Below, one piece after another: positions 44,966 to 56,764 of a DNA stretch of 64,000 bases. The stretch is taken from NCBI GenBank assembly GCA_963733195.1, contig CAVTCR010000041.1, positions 1 to 64,000 of the forward strand, in the 5' to 3' direction. A program made the translations under genes and the position numbers. The notes beneath the pieces were generated by a model, which made no database searches, was not told where the DNA came from, and worked only from the letters and a program-made list of their open reading frames with translations. Source of the DNA: an uncultured delta proteobacterium (GTDB taxonomy: Bacteria > Desulfobacterota > Binatia > Bin18). Within the stretch, counting starts at the first letter, position 1; every line of letters begins with the position of its first letter.

Positions 44966-45386
44966 GCGCTTGCACTTTCTTACCAATCATCACTGCTACA
45001 CGGTCGAGAATGCCATTGATGAACGTTGGGGCCTCGTCTCCGCAGTAGAGTCGAGCAATCTCGATGGCTTCATTGATTGTTACACCAGGAGACAATTGCG
45101 GATACGACAGAAGCTCGTACACCCCCAGGCGAAGAAGGTTGAGGTCAACTCTTGGTAGCCGCCCGAGTCGCCAATGTTCTGCGACATTGGCAATCATCTT
45201 GTCAATGCGCTCACGCTCGCGCCAGGCTCCTTCGACCAATTCGTTGGTGAATTCTTGTGAAGTGACTTTGGGCTCAAAGTTTTGCCAAAACAAAGCAAGC
45301 GCTTGCTGCGGCGCGACCCCGCTGAGGTCAACCTGGTACAGCACCTGCAGTGCAAACTCACGTGCTTGGCGGCGTGAGGTAGACAT
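44949..45386 (-). CDS. nusB: transcription antitermination factor NusB
   Basis: [28 protein letters not shown]. Confidence 0.97.
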   Translation of the reverse strand: MSTSRRQAREFALQVLYQVDLSGVAPQQALALFWQNFEPKVTSQEFTNELVEGAWRERERIDKMIANVAEHWRLGRLPRVDLNLLRLGVYELLSYPQLSPGVTINEAIEIARLYCGDEAPTFINGILDRVAVMIGKKVQAHESSE

Positions 45387-45402
45387 AAAGCTGCGTCTCA
45401 GC

Positions 45403-45467
45403 TAAAACGTGAAACGTAAAACGTAACCACTCCCCCTCCTCCTTACGTTTTACTCTTTACGTTTTAC
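45403..45467. repeat. inverted heptamer repeat block
   Basis: TAAAACG TGAAACG TAAAACG ... TTACGTT TTACTCT TTACGTT TTACG. Confidence 0.75.
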
Positions 45468-45943
45468 GCTTTTTGTTTCTCCAATTCCTTCAGCGCATTC
45501 ACCATCTCAATCGCCGCCATCGCGGCTTCAGCACCTTTATTGCCGAGCTTTGCGCCTGCACGGTCGAGCGCTTGATCAACTGACTCGGTCGTCAATACAC
45601 CAAAGGTCACGGGCAAGCCGTGCGTGAGCATAATTTCTTTCACCCCCTGGGTCATGGCCGAGGCTATATAATCAAAATGGGGGGTTTCGCCGCGTATAAT
45701 CGCCCCCAAACAAATCAGCGCGTGATAGCGGCCACTCGCAGCCATTTTCTTGGCAAACAAAGGAATATCGAAACCACCAGGGACCAGTACGACATCAATA
45801 TCGTCGTCTTTCACACCGTGGCGACTCAGCGTATCAATCGCTCCAGCTTGTAAGCGCTCGGTCACCAGGCTGTTAAACTGCGATACGACGATCCCGAAAC
45901 GCAGCCCTGTAGCATCCATCTTTCCCCGAATCACCCGCGCCAT
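45464..45943 (-). CDS. ribH: 6,7-dimethyl-8-ribityllumazine synthase
   Basis: IVVSQFN, IRGETPHFDY, GNKGAEAA. Confidence 0.97.
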   Translation of the reverse strand: MARVIRGKMDATGLRFGIVVSQFNSLVTERLQAGAIDTLSRHGVKDDDIDVVLVPGGFDIPLFAKKMAASGRYHALICLGAIIRGETPHFDYIASAMTQGVKEIMLTHGLPVTFGVLTTESVDQALDRAGAKLGNKGAEAAMAAIEMVNALKELEKQKA

Positions 45944-45955
45944 ACGCTCCTCTCC

Positions 45956-47181
45956 TTACAGTACCGGCTTCAACTCGGTCAACAGATGACCAAGTTTCTC
46001 TTTCTTCACTCGCAGATAGTGAATATTTCCCGCGTGCGGCGCAGTCTCGATTGGTCGCCGCTCCACGACTTTTATCCCATACCCTTCCAGGCCAGTAATC
46101 TTCTGCGGATTGTTCGTCAGCAGGCGCACACGCGAGACCCGGAGATCGCGCAGAATTTGTGCGCCAATTCCATAGTCTCGCAAATCTTCCTTAAAGCCGA
46201 GGCGAAGATTCGCCTCTACTGTATCAAATCCCTGGTCTTGCAGAGCGTACGCGCGAATCTTGTTGGCCAGCCCAATGCCCCGACCTTCTTGATGCATATA
46301 AATGATGACGCCTTTACCCTCTTCAGCAGATCGCCTGCATGGCTTGGCGGAGCTGATCCCCACAGTCACAACGCTCGTGAACCAAAGACATCTCCGGTCA
46401 AACATTGCGAGTGCACACGTACCGTGATGGTCTCGCGCGCCCCAATTCTTCCTTTCACCAGCGCCATGTGTTCGTGCCTATCAACATCCGTGCGATAGAC
46501 GATCGCGTGAAATTTTCCTCCATACGGACTCACAATATCCCCCTCTGATACCCGATGAACCAAGGATTCCGTCCGCAAACGGTACGTCATTAAGCGAGAA
46601 AGGCTGACCACTTGGAGATGATGCTGCTGAGCAAAACGCTCGACGTCTTCTCCTTGAGCCATTCCACCGTCTTCCCGCAGAATGGTGCACAACACCGCCG
46701 CAGGCTTGAGGCCCGCAAGGTGGGCAAGATCCATCGCTCCTTCCGATAAGCCGAATCGCGCTAACACACCACCACGGTGAGCGACGACTGGATGGATATG
46801 CCCCGGCATAACAATATCATCAGGCCCAGCACCATCTTTTACGGCAACGGTAATCGTCAGAGCACGATCAAAGGCAGAGATTCCGGTAGTCACACCACGC
46901 CGTGCCTCGATTGAGGCTCCGAACACTCGCTGCTGGGCGCTTGGTCGTCCATTCCCTAGCAGAGGAATGCCCAGCTCTCGGATTTTTTCCTCGGTTACCA
47001 CAAGGCAAATCAACCCACGAGCATGAGTCGCCATGAAATTGACAGCTTGCGGAGTCATGTGTTCAGCGGCGATACACAAGTCCGCCTCCCCTTTTTCATT
47101 TTCCTCATCAACGAGGATAACCATCTTCCCCTGACGCAAGTCCGTTAGTGTCTCTTCAATTGGCACTGTTGAGATGGGCAT
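45956..47181 (-). CDS. ribBA: RibBA fusion: degenerate DHBP synthase domain plus GTP cyclohydrolase II (frameshifted)
   Basis: [32 protein letters not shown]; RibB-like N-terminus. Confidence 0.92.
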
Positions 47182-48294
47182 CTCTTTTCCCTTTCTCATC
47201 CACATAGGCAGCTACAAGAATGTCCTTGCCGATGCGCTCAACGGTCATTGTATGCAGTTTCTGCCCAGCGGCAACCCGGTCTATTCCAAGGGGGCCAATC
47301 ATTGCCCGTCCTTCGCTACCAAGCAAGAGTGGCGCATAAAAAAACAATACCTTATCGACAACACCTTCGCGCAAAGCAGCAGCGGCAATGCGACCACCCC
47401 CTTCAATGAGGACCGATTTATTCCCTCGCTTCCCCAGTTCTGCAAGCAACGGCCGGAGTGGCACATGACCGTTTTGTCCCGGCAAACAAACCATCTGTAC
47501 CCCTTGTGCCTCCAGTTGGGCCTGCTTCTTCTTTTGGCCATGATCTTCAGAGGTAGCGATCAGCGTGAGCGCGGTTGAGCGTTGAGTACACACCCGCGCC
47601 GTCGGCGCGATACTGAGGCGCCCATCAAGGATGACGCGGAGCGGATCACGTCCCCCGCGCATACGGCAGGTCAGTTGGGGATCATCGTTCCGCACTGTTT
47701 CTGCACCGACCAGGATGGCATCTACACGATTACGCAATTCATGCACAATGCGGCGAGATTGTTCTCCACTAATCCACTGCGAGTCACCACTCGCGGTAGC
47801 AATGCGACCATCTAAAGATGCCGCGAGCTTTAAAGTAACAAATGGTCGTCCGGTACGAATGAAACAAGCAAAATCCTCGTTGAGTCGTTCGCATTCTTCG
47901 CGCAGCACGCCGGTCATCGACAGTCAATACCTGCGCGCCGCAAGCGACGTAGCCCACGTCCTCGTACCAACGGATTAGGGTCAACCATGCCAACCACCAC
48001 TCGCTTGACACCCGCTTCGATAAGGGCATCGGCACATGGTGGCGTCCGCCCATAATGCGAGCAGGGCTCAAGGTTGACATAGATGGTTGCTCCATGTGCT
48101 GTTCCAGTAACATGACGCAAGGCTTCACGTTCCGCGTGCGGCAGGCCAGCGCGGCGATGGAACCCTTCGCCAATGATACGGCCGTTGCGTACAATTACTG
48201 CGCCAACCGCTGGATTTGGACTCGTACGGCCTAGTGCTTTGGTGGCTAATTCGAGGGCTCGGCGCATGAACTGCTCGTCTGCAGCGGTCCTCAC
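47156..48294 (-). CDS. ribD: riboflavin deaminase/reductase RibD (frameshift near 47920)
   Basis: [29 protein letters not shown]. Confidence 0.96.
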
Positions 48295-48827
48295 GTGTCC
48301 CTCAGTAGAGATTTCGTACGATCACCAGACGAACGCCGTCGCGGTTTACGGTCCTCGCGCTCTTCTCCTCTCCCACGGCCATCAACTAGTTCTTTCAATT
48401 CGTGCATGAATGCATCGAGATCTTGAAACGAACGGTACACTGACGCGAAGCGAACGTAGGCGACTTTGTCGAGATCATAGAGCTGTCGCATAATTTCTTC
48501 GCCGATCGTCGCACTGACGATTTCTTTTTCGCCACGATTCTGGAGAAATCGTTCGATACGGTCGGCAACTTCTTCGATGGTTGCCATGCTCACCGGACGT
48601 TTTTCACACGCTTTTCTGAGACCGTTAACCACCTTCAAACGATCGTAGGCTTCCCGGCGGCCATCTTTTTTCACCACTAAAGGCAAGATCTCTTCTACGC
48701 GTTCATAGGTGGTAAAGCGCCGTTCACAGTGGGAGCATTCCCGCCGTCGGCGCGTAACATCGCCCTCACGGCTTAAGCGTGAGTCAATGACACGGTTCTC
48801 TACACTAGAGCAGAACGGACATTTCAT
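48291..48827 (-). CDS. nrdR: transcriptional repressor NrdR
   Basis: [32 protein letters not shown]. Confidence 0.98.
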   Translation of the reverse strand: MKCPFCSSVENRVIDSRLSREGDVTRRRRECSHCERRFTTYERVEEILPLVVKKDGRREAYDRLKVVNGLRKACEKRPVSMATIEEVADRIERFLQNRGEKEIVSATIGEEIMRQLYDLDKVAYVRFASVYRSFQDLDAFMHELKELVDGRGRGEEREDRKPRRRSSGDRTKSLLRDT

Positions 48828-48901
48828 AGGAACTAGGGGCCGGGGACTAGGGGTCAGGGGCTAGGCCACCCCTCCTCTTCTACACGTTTTGCACGGCCTT
48901 T

Positions 48902-50158
48902 TCACGCTGCGTTTAATCGCCTTTTATACATGGGGAATTGGCTGCACAGGTCACGAACTTCTTTCCCAATCGCCTTGAGCGCACCGTCATCACCAACCTT
49001 TTGCAATGCACGATAAATGAGGTCAGCGATGGCATCCATTTCTTTCTCTTTCATTCCCCGACTTGTCACTGCCGGCGTGCCGATTCGTACTCCACTAGTT
49101 ACAAAAGGGGATCGATGATCAAAGGGGATCGCGTTTTTATTCACCGTAATCCGCGCGGCATCAAGCGTTTCCTGGGCCAATTTTCCGGTCAATTCGGTCG
49201 CACGTAGATCCAGAAGCATAAGATGGTTATCCGTCCCACCAGAAACGAGACGAAAGCCTCGTTGGGACAGACCTTGAGCTAACGCCTTAGCATTATTCAC
49301 AATTTGTTGCTGATACGCTTTGAACTCTGGCGAGAGCGCTTCTTTAAAAGCGACGGCCTTAGCTGCAATGACATGCATCAACGGCCCACCTTGATTGCCT
49401 GGAAAAATTGACGAATCGATCGCTTTGGCAAGCGCAGTTTTACACATGATCATACCGCCCCGGGGCCCACGGAGCGTCTTGTGCGTTGTCGTCGTCACGA
49501 TTTCGGCATACGGAAGCGGAGACGGATGAAGCCCTGCCGCTACCAATCCGGCAAAGTGCGCGATGTCGACCATTACCATCGCGCCGATCTCGTCTGCAAT
49601 CTTGCGAAACGGCTCAGCATCGATTTGACGCGGATAGGCACTGTGTCCAGCGACAATCATCTTCGGACGATGCTGCCGGGCCAACGCTACAACTTCATCA
49701 TAGTCAATACGCTGATCAGACTCGCGCACACCGTAGGGAATCACTTTGAAAAACTTTCCCGAGAAGTTGACTGGACTGCCGTGCGTCAAGTGACCACCAT
49801 GCGACAGGTTCATACTTAAAATAGTGTCACCTGGATGGAGCTGGGAGAAATACGCCGCCATATTGGCCTGCGCCCCAGAGTGTGGTTGGACGTTGACGTG
49901 CTCAGCCCCAAATAATTGCTTGGCTCGATCAATCGCCAATTGTTCAATTACATCGACGTGCTCACACCCACCGTAGTAGCGTCGTCCAGGATACCCTTCA
50001 GCGTATTTGTTGGTCAGGACAGAACCTTGGGCTTCGAGCACTGCCTCACTAACGATATTTTCTGAGGCAATGAGTTCCAGGTTATACTCCTGCCGTTCGG
50101 TTTCATTCTGAATCGACGCATAGACTTCCGGGTCTCTCTGGGCCAGCGCACTACTCAT
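48902..50158 (-). CDS. glyA: serine hydroxymethyltransferase
   Basis: [32 protein letters not shown]. Confidence 0.99.
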   Translation of the reverse strand: MSSALAQRDPEVYASIQNETERQEYNLELIASENIVSEAVLEAQGSVLTNKYAEGYPGRRYYGGCEHVDVIEQLAIDRAKQLFGAEHVNVQPHSGAQANMAAYFSQLHPGDTILSMNLSHGGHLTHGSPVNFSGKFFKVIPYGVRESDQRIDYDEVVALARQHRPKMIVAGHSAYPRQIDAEPFRKIADEIGAMVMVDIAHFAGLVAAGLHPSPLPYAEIVTTTTHKTLRGPRGGMIMCKTALAKAIDSSIFPGNQGGPLMHVIAAKAVAFKEALSPEFKAYQQQIVNNAKALAQGLSQRGFRLVSGGTDNHLMLLDLRATELTGKLAQETLDAARITVNKNAIPFDHRSPFVTSGVRIGTPAVTSRGMKEKEMDAIADLIYRALQKVGDDGALKAIGKEVRDLCSQFPMYKRRLNAA

Positions 50159-50296
50159 CAAAATTCTCCTTCAATAAGGTCCACAAACGAAGAATCGCAG
50201 GACCTCTGCATAGAAGCCTCTGCGATTCTCCGACCATAGAGAGTGAGTAATCTCCTCCTAACGGAGGGCGAATCAGGTCTGACTCCCGATTCCTGC

Positions 50297-50536
50297 TTAC
50301 TTCTTTTGCTTATTGATGTACTCAAGCACGTCCTGAACGGTACGAATCTTCTCAGCATCTTCGTCTGAGATTTCCATGCCGTACTCTTCTTCCAGCGCCA
50401 TCACGAGCTCAACGAGATCAAGTGAATCCGCTCCTAGATCTTCAATGAATGACGCTTGTGGAGTGACTTCGTCAGCACTGACCCCGAGTTGTTCACAAAT
50501 GATTTCTTTTACTCGATCCTCAATAGATCCTGCCAT
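50297..50536 (-). CDS. acpP: acyl carrier protein
   Basis: [12 protein letters not shown]. Confidence 0.98.
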   Translation of the reverse strand: MAGSIEDRVKEIICEQLGVSADEVTPQASFIEDLGADSLDLVELVMALEEEYGMEISDEDAEKIRTVQDVLEYINKQKK

Positions 50537-50615
50537 AAACGTACTTCCTCCTCTCTAACCCGTCTGGACAGCGTGGCGGAAACTGCCAGCATGTATAGTT
50601 TTCATCAACTTTCTC

Positions 50616-51365
50616 TTACACGTACATGCCGCCGTTGACGTTAATCACTTGGCCGGTGATGTAGCTCGCAAGCGGACTGGCCAGAAACGCCACAACTTCT
50701 GCAACTTCTGCAGGAGTTCCCCATCGACCGGCAGGAATAAGGCTCAAATATCCTGTTTTGACCTCCTCTGGCAAGGTCCCGGTCATGTCGGTTTCAATAA
50801 ATCCTGGAGCAACCGCGTTCACCGTAATAGCGCGAGTTGCTAGTTCTTTGGCCATCGTTTTGGTAAAACCGATGATGCCCGCCTTTGATGCCGCATAGGC
50901 CGCTTGTCCCACATTCCCTGCTTGTGCGGTCACTGAACTAAGGTTGATAATCCGCCCGTAGTGTTGACGGAGCATGGCACGCGACACTGCTTTCGTGCAC
51001 AGGAACACGCCTTTGAGGTTGACATTCATCACCTGCTCCCATTCTTCTTCTTTGAGGCGAAGGAGCAGATTATTGATGGCAATCCCAGCGTTGTTCACGA
51101 GAATGTCGATTTTCTTATGCCGTTCGAGAATAGTCTGCACTGCTGGGGTGACTTCGCTGCTATTCGCGGCATCAAACCGACAAAGTTCTGCTTTTCCCCC
51201 AGCCTGTGAAATGGTCGCCATCACCTCTTCAGCCGCAGCGTGTGATTGTAAATAGTTAACCAGGACCAGCGCACCATCACGAGCTAACCGTTCAGCAATC
51301 GCGCGACCAATACCACGAGACGCACCAGTGACCAAGGCAACTTGCCCATCAAGTACGCTACTCAT
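50616..51365 (-). CDS. fabG: 3-oxoacyl-ACP reductase
   Basis: TGASRGIG, NNAG, YAASK. Confidence 0.96.
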   Translation of the reverse strand: MSSVLDGQVALVTGASRGIGRAIAERLARDGALVLVNYLQSHAAAEEVMATISQAGGKAELCRFDAANSSEVTPAVQTILERHKKIDILVNNAGIAINNLLLRLKEEEWEQVMNVNLKGVFLCTKAVSRAMLRQHYGRIINLSSVTAQAGNVGQAAYAASKAGIIGFTKTMAKELATRAITVNAVAPGFIETDMTGTLPEEVKTGYLSLIPAGRWGTPAEVAEVVAFLASPLASYITGQVINVNGGMYV

Positions 51366-52300
51366 CCCAATACTCCCCGGGCTTCTGCTAACGTTGTCGG
51401 GTCACTGACTGACACACAGGGCAAATCCGGTACGATGCGTTTCAGGAGCCCGGCTAGCACTCGGCCCGGCCCGACCTCAATCGTCGCTGTACATCCTAAG
51501 ACGTGGAGCTTTTGCATGCTCTCTTCCCACCGCACCGGTGCCGTCACTTGTTGTACCAGCAGCTCTTTGACCCGCTGCGGATCGACATTTACATCTGCCG
51601 TGACGTTCGCAATTACCTGCGCTTTCGGGGAGTGCACCGTTACCGATTCAAGCACTTTCGCCAAGCCGTCGGCTGCGGGTTTCATCAAAGCACAATGAAA
51701 TGGAGCACTTACTGCGAGTTCGACCGCGCGCTTGGCTCCACGGGTTTTTGCTCCAGCAACAGCGCGGCGGACCGCACCCGCATGACCGGCAATAACGATC
51801 TGACCGCCACCATTCAGATTCGCGGGAGAAACGATTTCTCCTTGTGCCGCTTCGGAACACACCGAAGTCACGTCTTCTGAGGACAGGTTAAAGAGGGCGG
51901 CCATCGCGCCTATCCCAACAGGCACAGCTTCCTGCATCAGCCTCCCTCGCTCACGCACGACTCGCACGGCATCAGCAAGAGAGAGAACCCCAGCCGCAAC
52001 CAATGCGGAATACTCACCCAGGCTGTGACCAGCAACATAGGTCGGCTGTACGCCAGTTTCTTGTTCCAGCACGCGAAACGCGGCAATACTGGTCGCAACG
52101 ATCGCTGGTTGCGCATTGGCTGTCAGCTTTAGAGCGTCGTCTGGCCCTTCAAAGCATAGATGCGACAGAGCAAAACCGAGGGCAGCATCCGCCTCAGCAA
52201 AGACCTGCGCGGCAATTGCGAACTGCTGCGCCAGGGCCTTCCCCATCCCCGCAGCTTGGGACCCTTGTCCAGGAAACAATAGAGCAATAGTGCGACTCAT
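51362..52300 (-). CDS. fabD: malonyl-CoA-ACP transacylase
   Basis: FPGQGSQ, GHSLGEY, SAPFH. Confidence 0.97.
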   Translation of the reverse strand: MSRTIALLFPGQGSQAAGMGKALAQQFAIAAQVFAEADAALGFALSHLCFEGPDDALKLTANAQPAIVATSIAAFRVLEQETGVQPTYVAGHSLGEYSALVAAGVLSLADAVRVVRERGRLMQEAVPVGIGAMAALFNLSSEDVTSVCSEAAQGEIVSPANLNGGGQIVIAGHAGAVRRAVAGAKTRGAKRAVELAVSAPFHCALMKPAADGLAKVLESVTVHSPKAQVIANVTADVNVDPQRVKELLVQQVTAPVRWEESMQKLHVLGCTATIEVGPGRVLAGLLKRIVPDLPCVSVSDPTTLAEARGVLG

Positions 52301-53436
52301 TCTTTTTTCTTCTCTTCTTCAGCTGGAGGTTCAGTCGCTGGTGGGGTTTCGTGGCTTTCCCGCGCATGACGAAAACGTTCTTTGATCTGTGCCCATATTC
52401 TCCGCCCACTTTTTTGTTCGGGTTGAGCAAGGGCAATTTCAGGAGGAAGAGCCTGAATGCTCTCGACAATCTGGCGGTTAATATCTTGCCGCAGCGACTC
52501 ATCTGCAACGCGGATCGCATTCTTAATCGCCTTTGGAGATGAGGATCCATGTGCAATGATCGCCAACCCCTCTGTGCCGAGCAGCGGAGCACCACCAACT
52601 TCTGAAGGGTCAAGGCTGGCGCGAAGATTGCCAAACGCTTTGCGAATCAGCAAATATGATAACTTGCCACGTATCCCGGAAGAAAACACCGTCCGTAATT
52701 GGTCTTGGAGGAAGTGGGCAAAGCCTTCTAAGGTTTTCAGCGCAACATTGCCGGTGAAACCATCTGTGACAATGACATCAGCTTTCCCGTTGTTCAGGTC
52801 ACGTCCTTCGACATAGCCGATGTAGTTGATCGACGTTTTCTTGAGCATCTCATGGGCAAGGCGTGTGGTATCCGTCCCTTTCGAGTCTTCCTCGCCATTG
52901 CTGAGTACCCCGACTCGGGGAGACGCAATTCCACGCACGAGCCGGGCATAGACTTCTCCCATCAGCGCAAACTGGACAAAATGGATCGGTTTACACTCGG
53001 TATTTGCTCCTGCATCAAGTAAACACGCATGCCCACCAAGCGCAGGGATAGCAGTGACGATTGCCGGTCGATCGACACCTTTGAGGGTACCTAAAATAGT
53101 CACAGCCAGGGCGAGCATAGCTCCAGAATTTCCCGCACTGAGGACAGCACCAGCTTCTCCGGCTTTCACTGCTTCAATCGCCACTCGTAGTGAGGAATCA
53201 GGCTTGCCACGGAGAGCAGCAATCGGCGATTCTCCCATATCAACACTTTCACTGGCGTGGCGAATCATGAGCAGAGAAGACTCCTGCCCGCCGACACGAT
53301 CGAGCTCACGACGAATGTCCTCTTGATCACCGACCAAGAGGACAGAAGCCCCGTACTCATCTACCGCTTGTAGGGCACCTTCCACTACTGCGCCAGGAGC
53401 ATGGTCGCCCCCCATGGCGTCAACCGCAATAACCAT
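52297..53436 (-). CDS. plsX: phosphate acyltransferase PlsX
   Basis: AVDAMGGDHAP, SAGNSGA, TDGFTGNVALK. Confidence 0.98.
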   Translation of the reverse strand: MVIAVDAMGGDHAPGAVVEGALQAVDEYGASVLLVGDQEDIRRELDRVGGQESSLLMIRHASESVDMGESPIAALRGKPDSSLRVAIEAVKAGEAGAVLSAGNSGAMLALAVTILGTLKGVDRPAIVTAIPALGGHACLLDAGANTECKPIHFVQFALMGEVYARLVRGIASPRVGVLSNGEEDSKGTDTTRLAHEMLKKTSINYIGYVEGRDLNNGKADVIVTDGFTGNVALKTLEGFAHFLQDQLRTVFSSGIRGKLSYLLIRKAFGNLRASLDPSEVGGAPLLGTEGLAIIAHGSSSPKAIKNAIRVADESLRQDINRQIVESIQALPPEIALAQPEQKSGRRIWAQIKERFRHARESHETPPATEPPAEEEKKKE

Positions 53437-53518
53437 GATGTTGGATTGTGATGCTATTCAAGGGAGCTCGCAAGCCGCAAGGCCATTGAGCATATCGAGC
53501 CACGAGGCTCGGCTCCGG

Positions 53519-53704
53519 CTACTCGGCTTCCACGACTTCCATCACCTGCCTGCCACGATAATATCCGCAGCTTGCACAGACACGGTGAGAAAGCACGGGC
53601 TCGCCACAATTGGTACACGTTGCCCACTGCGGTACAGTGAGTGCATCGTGCGCACGTCGTTTGTTCCGTTTTGATTGTGATGTTTTACGTTTGGGAAGGC
53701 CCAT
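53519..53704 (-). CDS. rpmF: 50S ribosomal protein L32
   Basis: PKRKTSQSKRNKRRAH, CTNC...CASCGYY. Confidence 0.97.
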   Translation of the reverse strand: MGLPKRKTSQSKRNKRRAHDALTVPQWATCTNCGEPVLSHRVCASCGYYRGRQVMEVVEAE

Positions 53705-53784
53705 GGTCATTCCTTATAAAAAAGATGTAGCTTTTCTGTCTGCGTGATTGATCGTGATTGATAAGGATGGAGAGGTGCCTCGCG

Positions 53785-54336
53785 CTATCTCTGGGAGGAT
53801 AAGCGCAAGTTCGAGAGGACAGTCAGACGTGGCTCTTTCCACTCCGGACGACATTCGCATGACTCGACGTTCAGATTGATACCACACTGCGAACAGAGTC
53901 CACGACAATCTTCACGACAGAGAGGACGGCTCGGAAGTGCCAGTAAAGTCTCCTCGTGCACAAGCGCCGAGAGATCAACCTCTTCTTCACTATAAAAACT
54001 CGCGGACAACTCATCAGCGGTCAGTTCCTGTTCGCGATCAAGGGTACGGTCAGGACTTAACACGCGCGAAAACTCTCGTGCAAGGGAAAGTGCATACTCT
54101 TCCAAACATCGTCCACAGCGCCCAACGAGTTCACTGCTCAATGTCGCTGAGAACAAGAGGTCCTCGCCTGAGCGGACGTGCACCATATCGATGTGCAACG
54201 GCACAGTAAAGCGATACTCTCCGTCACTACCGCGTTCCAGAACGCCGTTCAGTTCGTGCACCTCTTCCACAAAGTGGATTTCTGTCGGCGATGCCTTGAT
54301 ATCTTTAACTGCGATCTTCACTGATGAGATCCTCAT
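53785..54336 (-). CDS. DUF177/YceD family protein
   Basis: CGRCLE, LCREDCRGLCSQCGINLN. Confidence 0.93.
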   Translation of the reverse strand: MRISSVKIAVKDIKASPTEIHFVEEVHELNGVLERGSDGEYRFTVPLHIDMVHVRSGEDLLFSATLSSELVGRCGRCLEEYALSLAREFSRVLSPDRTLDREQELTADELSASFYSEEEVDLSALVHEETLLALPSRPLCREDCRGLCSQCGINLNVESCECRPEWKEPRLTVLSNLRLSSQR

Positions 54337-54444
54337 CCCGACGCGCGCGCATGGTAGTATGAAACCGGTAAAAAAGCAACGCAGTTCTGCGAAACCATGC
54401 ACAGCTCTTGACGGGATAGAATAGATGAGCTACCAGCGAAGCCA

Positions 54445-54663
54445 ATGGCAAAAGAAGGAATCGAAGTTACTGGCACCGTTCTCGAGACACTCCCCAACGC
54501 TATGTTCCGCGTCCAGTTGGAAAATAAAGTGACCGTGCTGGCGCACGCCTCCGGGAAAATGCGCAAGTTTTACATTAAAATTCTTCCTGGCGATACAGTC
54601 ACGGTTGAGCTTTCACCCTATGATCTAACCCGTGGACGTATCACCTTCCGTCACCGTACCTAG
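54445..54663 (+). CDS. infA: translation initiation factor IF-1
   Basis: [24 protein letters not shown]. Confidence 0.99.
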   Translation: MAKEGIEVTGTVLETLPNAMFRVQLENKVTVLAHASGKMRKFYIKILPGDTVTVELSPYDLTRGRITFRHRT

Positions 54664-54718
54664 TAAGCCTTCCTTCTTCTTTCAGTAGACTGAGGGGACA
54701 AGACAGGGAAGCACGCGC

Positions 54719-54913
54719 ATGTCAGCTGTAGCGCTGACGCTGTTCATTCTTTGGATGTTGAGTTTATGGTTGCTGCTGACTAAGCGGCAACAACTACATC
54801 ATGCACTCTTGTCACGCTCGCTTATGCACCTTGGAATCATAAGTGGAGCATTATTGTTCTTCGTTTTGACTTTAACAGCACTCGCATTTCTGCGTCTTCT
54901 CATTGTCGATTAA
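54719..54913 (+). CDS. small two-TM hypothetical protein
   Basis: two hydrophobic segments. Confidence 0.5.
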   Translation: MSAVALTLFILWMLSLWLLLTKRQQLHHALLSRSLMHLGIISGALLFFVLTLTALAFLRLLIVD

Positions 54914-55097
54914 AAGATGTTCGGTCTCTTGAGGATGGATTTCCATGCGGAGCTGAAGGACGAGCCCGGATGTGCACCCGCTATTTTCTTGAATCGACAA
55001 AAGCACTTTTGGTGTTGAAATTTCCCCTCAGCGTTATCAGCTGAAAGAATATGATATTTTGCCTTGTGAGGGTTGATTATCCGGATATAATGTCCTC

Positions 55098-56270
55098 ATG
55101 GGGGAAATAATCTCACGAACTCTACAAATGCCTGATTTGTCTCGGCATTCGGTGTTCTTGTGGGGACCGAGAAAGACCGGCAAGAGTTTCTGGATTAAGC
55201 AACATCTTCCTGAAGCTCCCATCATCGATCTCCTCAAGACCGATACGTTGGCAGAATATGCCGCGCGTCCAGCATTGTTACGCGAGCGGTTTGGCGTAAA
55301 TGCCTCTCCTCACCAGGGTGGTCCTCTTGTGATTGACGAGATTCAAAAAGTGCCTGCCTTGCTCGATGAGGTACATTGGCTGATGGAGAATCGTTCCCTC
55401 ACCTTCCTGCTGACTGGGTCGAGCGCACGTAAACTCCGCCGCGGCCATGCGAACTTGCTGGCCGGGCGTGCCTGGCGGCGTGAAATGAAGCCGCTCTGCT
55501 TTGTGGAAGTCGGGGACCTTAATCTCGAACATGTCATGGTCAGTGGCCTCTTACCGCCACATTTTTTGTCTTCCGAGCCGCTAGAAGACCTACGGGCGTA
55601 TGTCAGCGACTATCTGCGCGAAGAGATTCTTGCTGAGGGGCTGGTGTCTAATCTTCCGGCATTCTCCGAATTCCTACGCGTTGCAGCACTCACGAGCAGT
55701 GAGCTACTGAACTATACCAATGTTGCCCGCGAAGTAGGCGTCTCAGCCAAGGTCGTGCACGGTTATTTCGAGATCCTCGAAGACACCTTGCTTGGCTATC
55801 GGCTCCGTCCTTGGACACGTAGCGCACGGCGTAGACTCATTCAGACCGAGAAGTTCTACCTCTTTGATGTTGGGGTGGCGAACTATCTCACACGTCGAAC
55901 TCCGCGCGTTGGGACACCTGAATTTGGCAAAAGTTTTGAGCACTATATCTTCATGGAACTCCTCGCCTACCGCGCCTACCGGGCTCCTGAGCTCGATATT
56001 CGCTACTGGCGAACGAGCACTGGCCGTGAGGTTGATTTCGTATTGGAGGACAAGACCCTCGCGATCGAAGTCAAAGCATCAGCACGAGTCCATCCGGTGG
56101 AGTTGCAGTCTCTCACGGCGTTGAGCGATGATGGTGTAGTCAAGAGACGAGTCGTCGTGTCGCTTGAAACGCAACTCCGCGAGGTACAGGATCGCTTCGG
56201 TCCGATTGTCATTCTTCCTTGGCGTGAGTTTCTGACGCGGCTTTGGTCAGGAGCGTTGTTGGTCGAGTAG
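55098..56270 (+). CDS. AAA ATPase with DUF4143/PD-(D/E)xK-like C-terminus
   Basis: GPRKTGKS, IDEIQK, LTGSS, KFYLFDVG, EVDFV...IEVK. Confidence 0.92.
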   Translation: MGEIISRTLQMPDLSRHSVFLWGPRKTGKSFWIKQHLPEAPIIDLLKTDTLAEYAARPALLRERFGVNASPHQGGPLVIDEIQKVPALLDEVHWLMENRSLTFLLTGSSARKLRRGHANLLAGRAWRREMKPLCFVEVGDLNLEHVMVSGLLPPHFLSSEPLEDLRAYVSDYLREEILAEGLVSNLPAFSEFLRVAALTSSELLNYTNVAREVGVSAKVVHGYFEILEDTLLGYRLRPWTRSARRRLIQTEKFYLFDVGVANYLTRRTPRVGTPEFGKSFEHYIFMELLAYRAYRAPELDIRYWRTSTGREVDFVLEDKTLAIEVKASARVHPVELQSLTALSDDGVVKRRVVVSLETQLREVQDRFGPIVILPWREFLTRLWSGALLVE

Positions 56271-56279
56271 TTGGTTGCG

Positions 56280-56395
56280 TCTGTGGCAACAACAAGTCTT
56301 GGAGCAGGAGGCAAGGAGTCAGGAGCAGGAAACCTGCACTCAGCTTGCCGAGGCGCACAGGATGTTATCCGAGGTCTACAACTGGTTCACCGAGA
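56280..56395 (+). pseudogene. remnant of the C-terminus of an AAA-TPR/cyclase paralogue
   Basis: LWQQQ...AEAHRMLSEVYNWFTE, compare 31210-31280. Confidence 0.6.
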
Positions 56396-56488
56396 AGCGA
56401 GACAAAAGTGAACCTAAATCGAACCACAGGAGATTGGCACAGTCATATTTGTAAGAGCGCAATCCGAGATACGATGGAACCCGCTCTT

Positions 56489-56516
56489 GTAGGGGCGTAT
56501 GGCCATACGCCCCTAC
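56489..56516. repeat. GTAG REP, perfect 28-bp palindrome
   Basis: GTAGGGGCGTATGGCCATACGCCCCTAC. Confidence 0.85.
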
Positions 56517-56764
56517 GAACAGTGAGTGCGAAAGTGTACGAATGTCAGTGGTCTGATTTAGGCAAAAAGCTAGAAGCAAAGTTGTGAGGGAACTTATAGT
56601 GAGTCTGTATGTGTTCATATCGGTTCTCCTTATTAGAGAAGTATAAAAGGCGTGCAGAATCGTGGGGTCATACAGGCACTTCCTGTTTGGGTGCCACTGG
56701 CGGCCAGCTCCCTCTGTCGGGGAGCTGGTCCGCCAGTGCGACCGACACAGGATTAATGCGAGTC

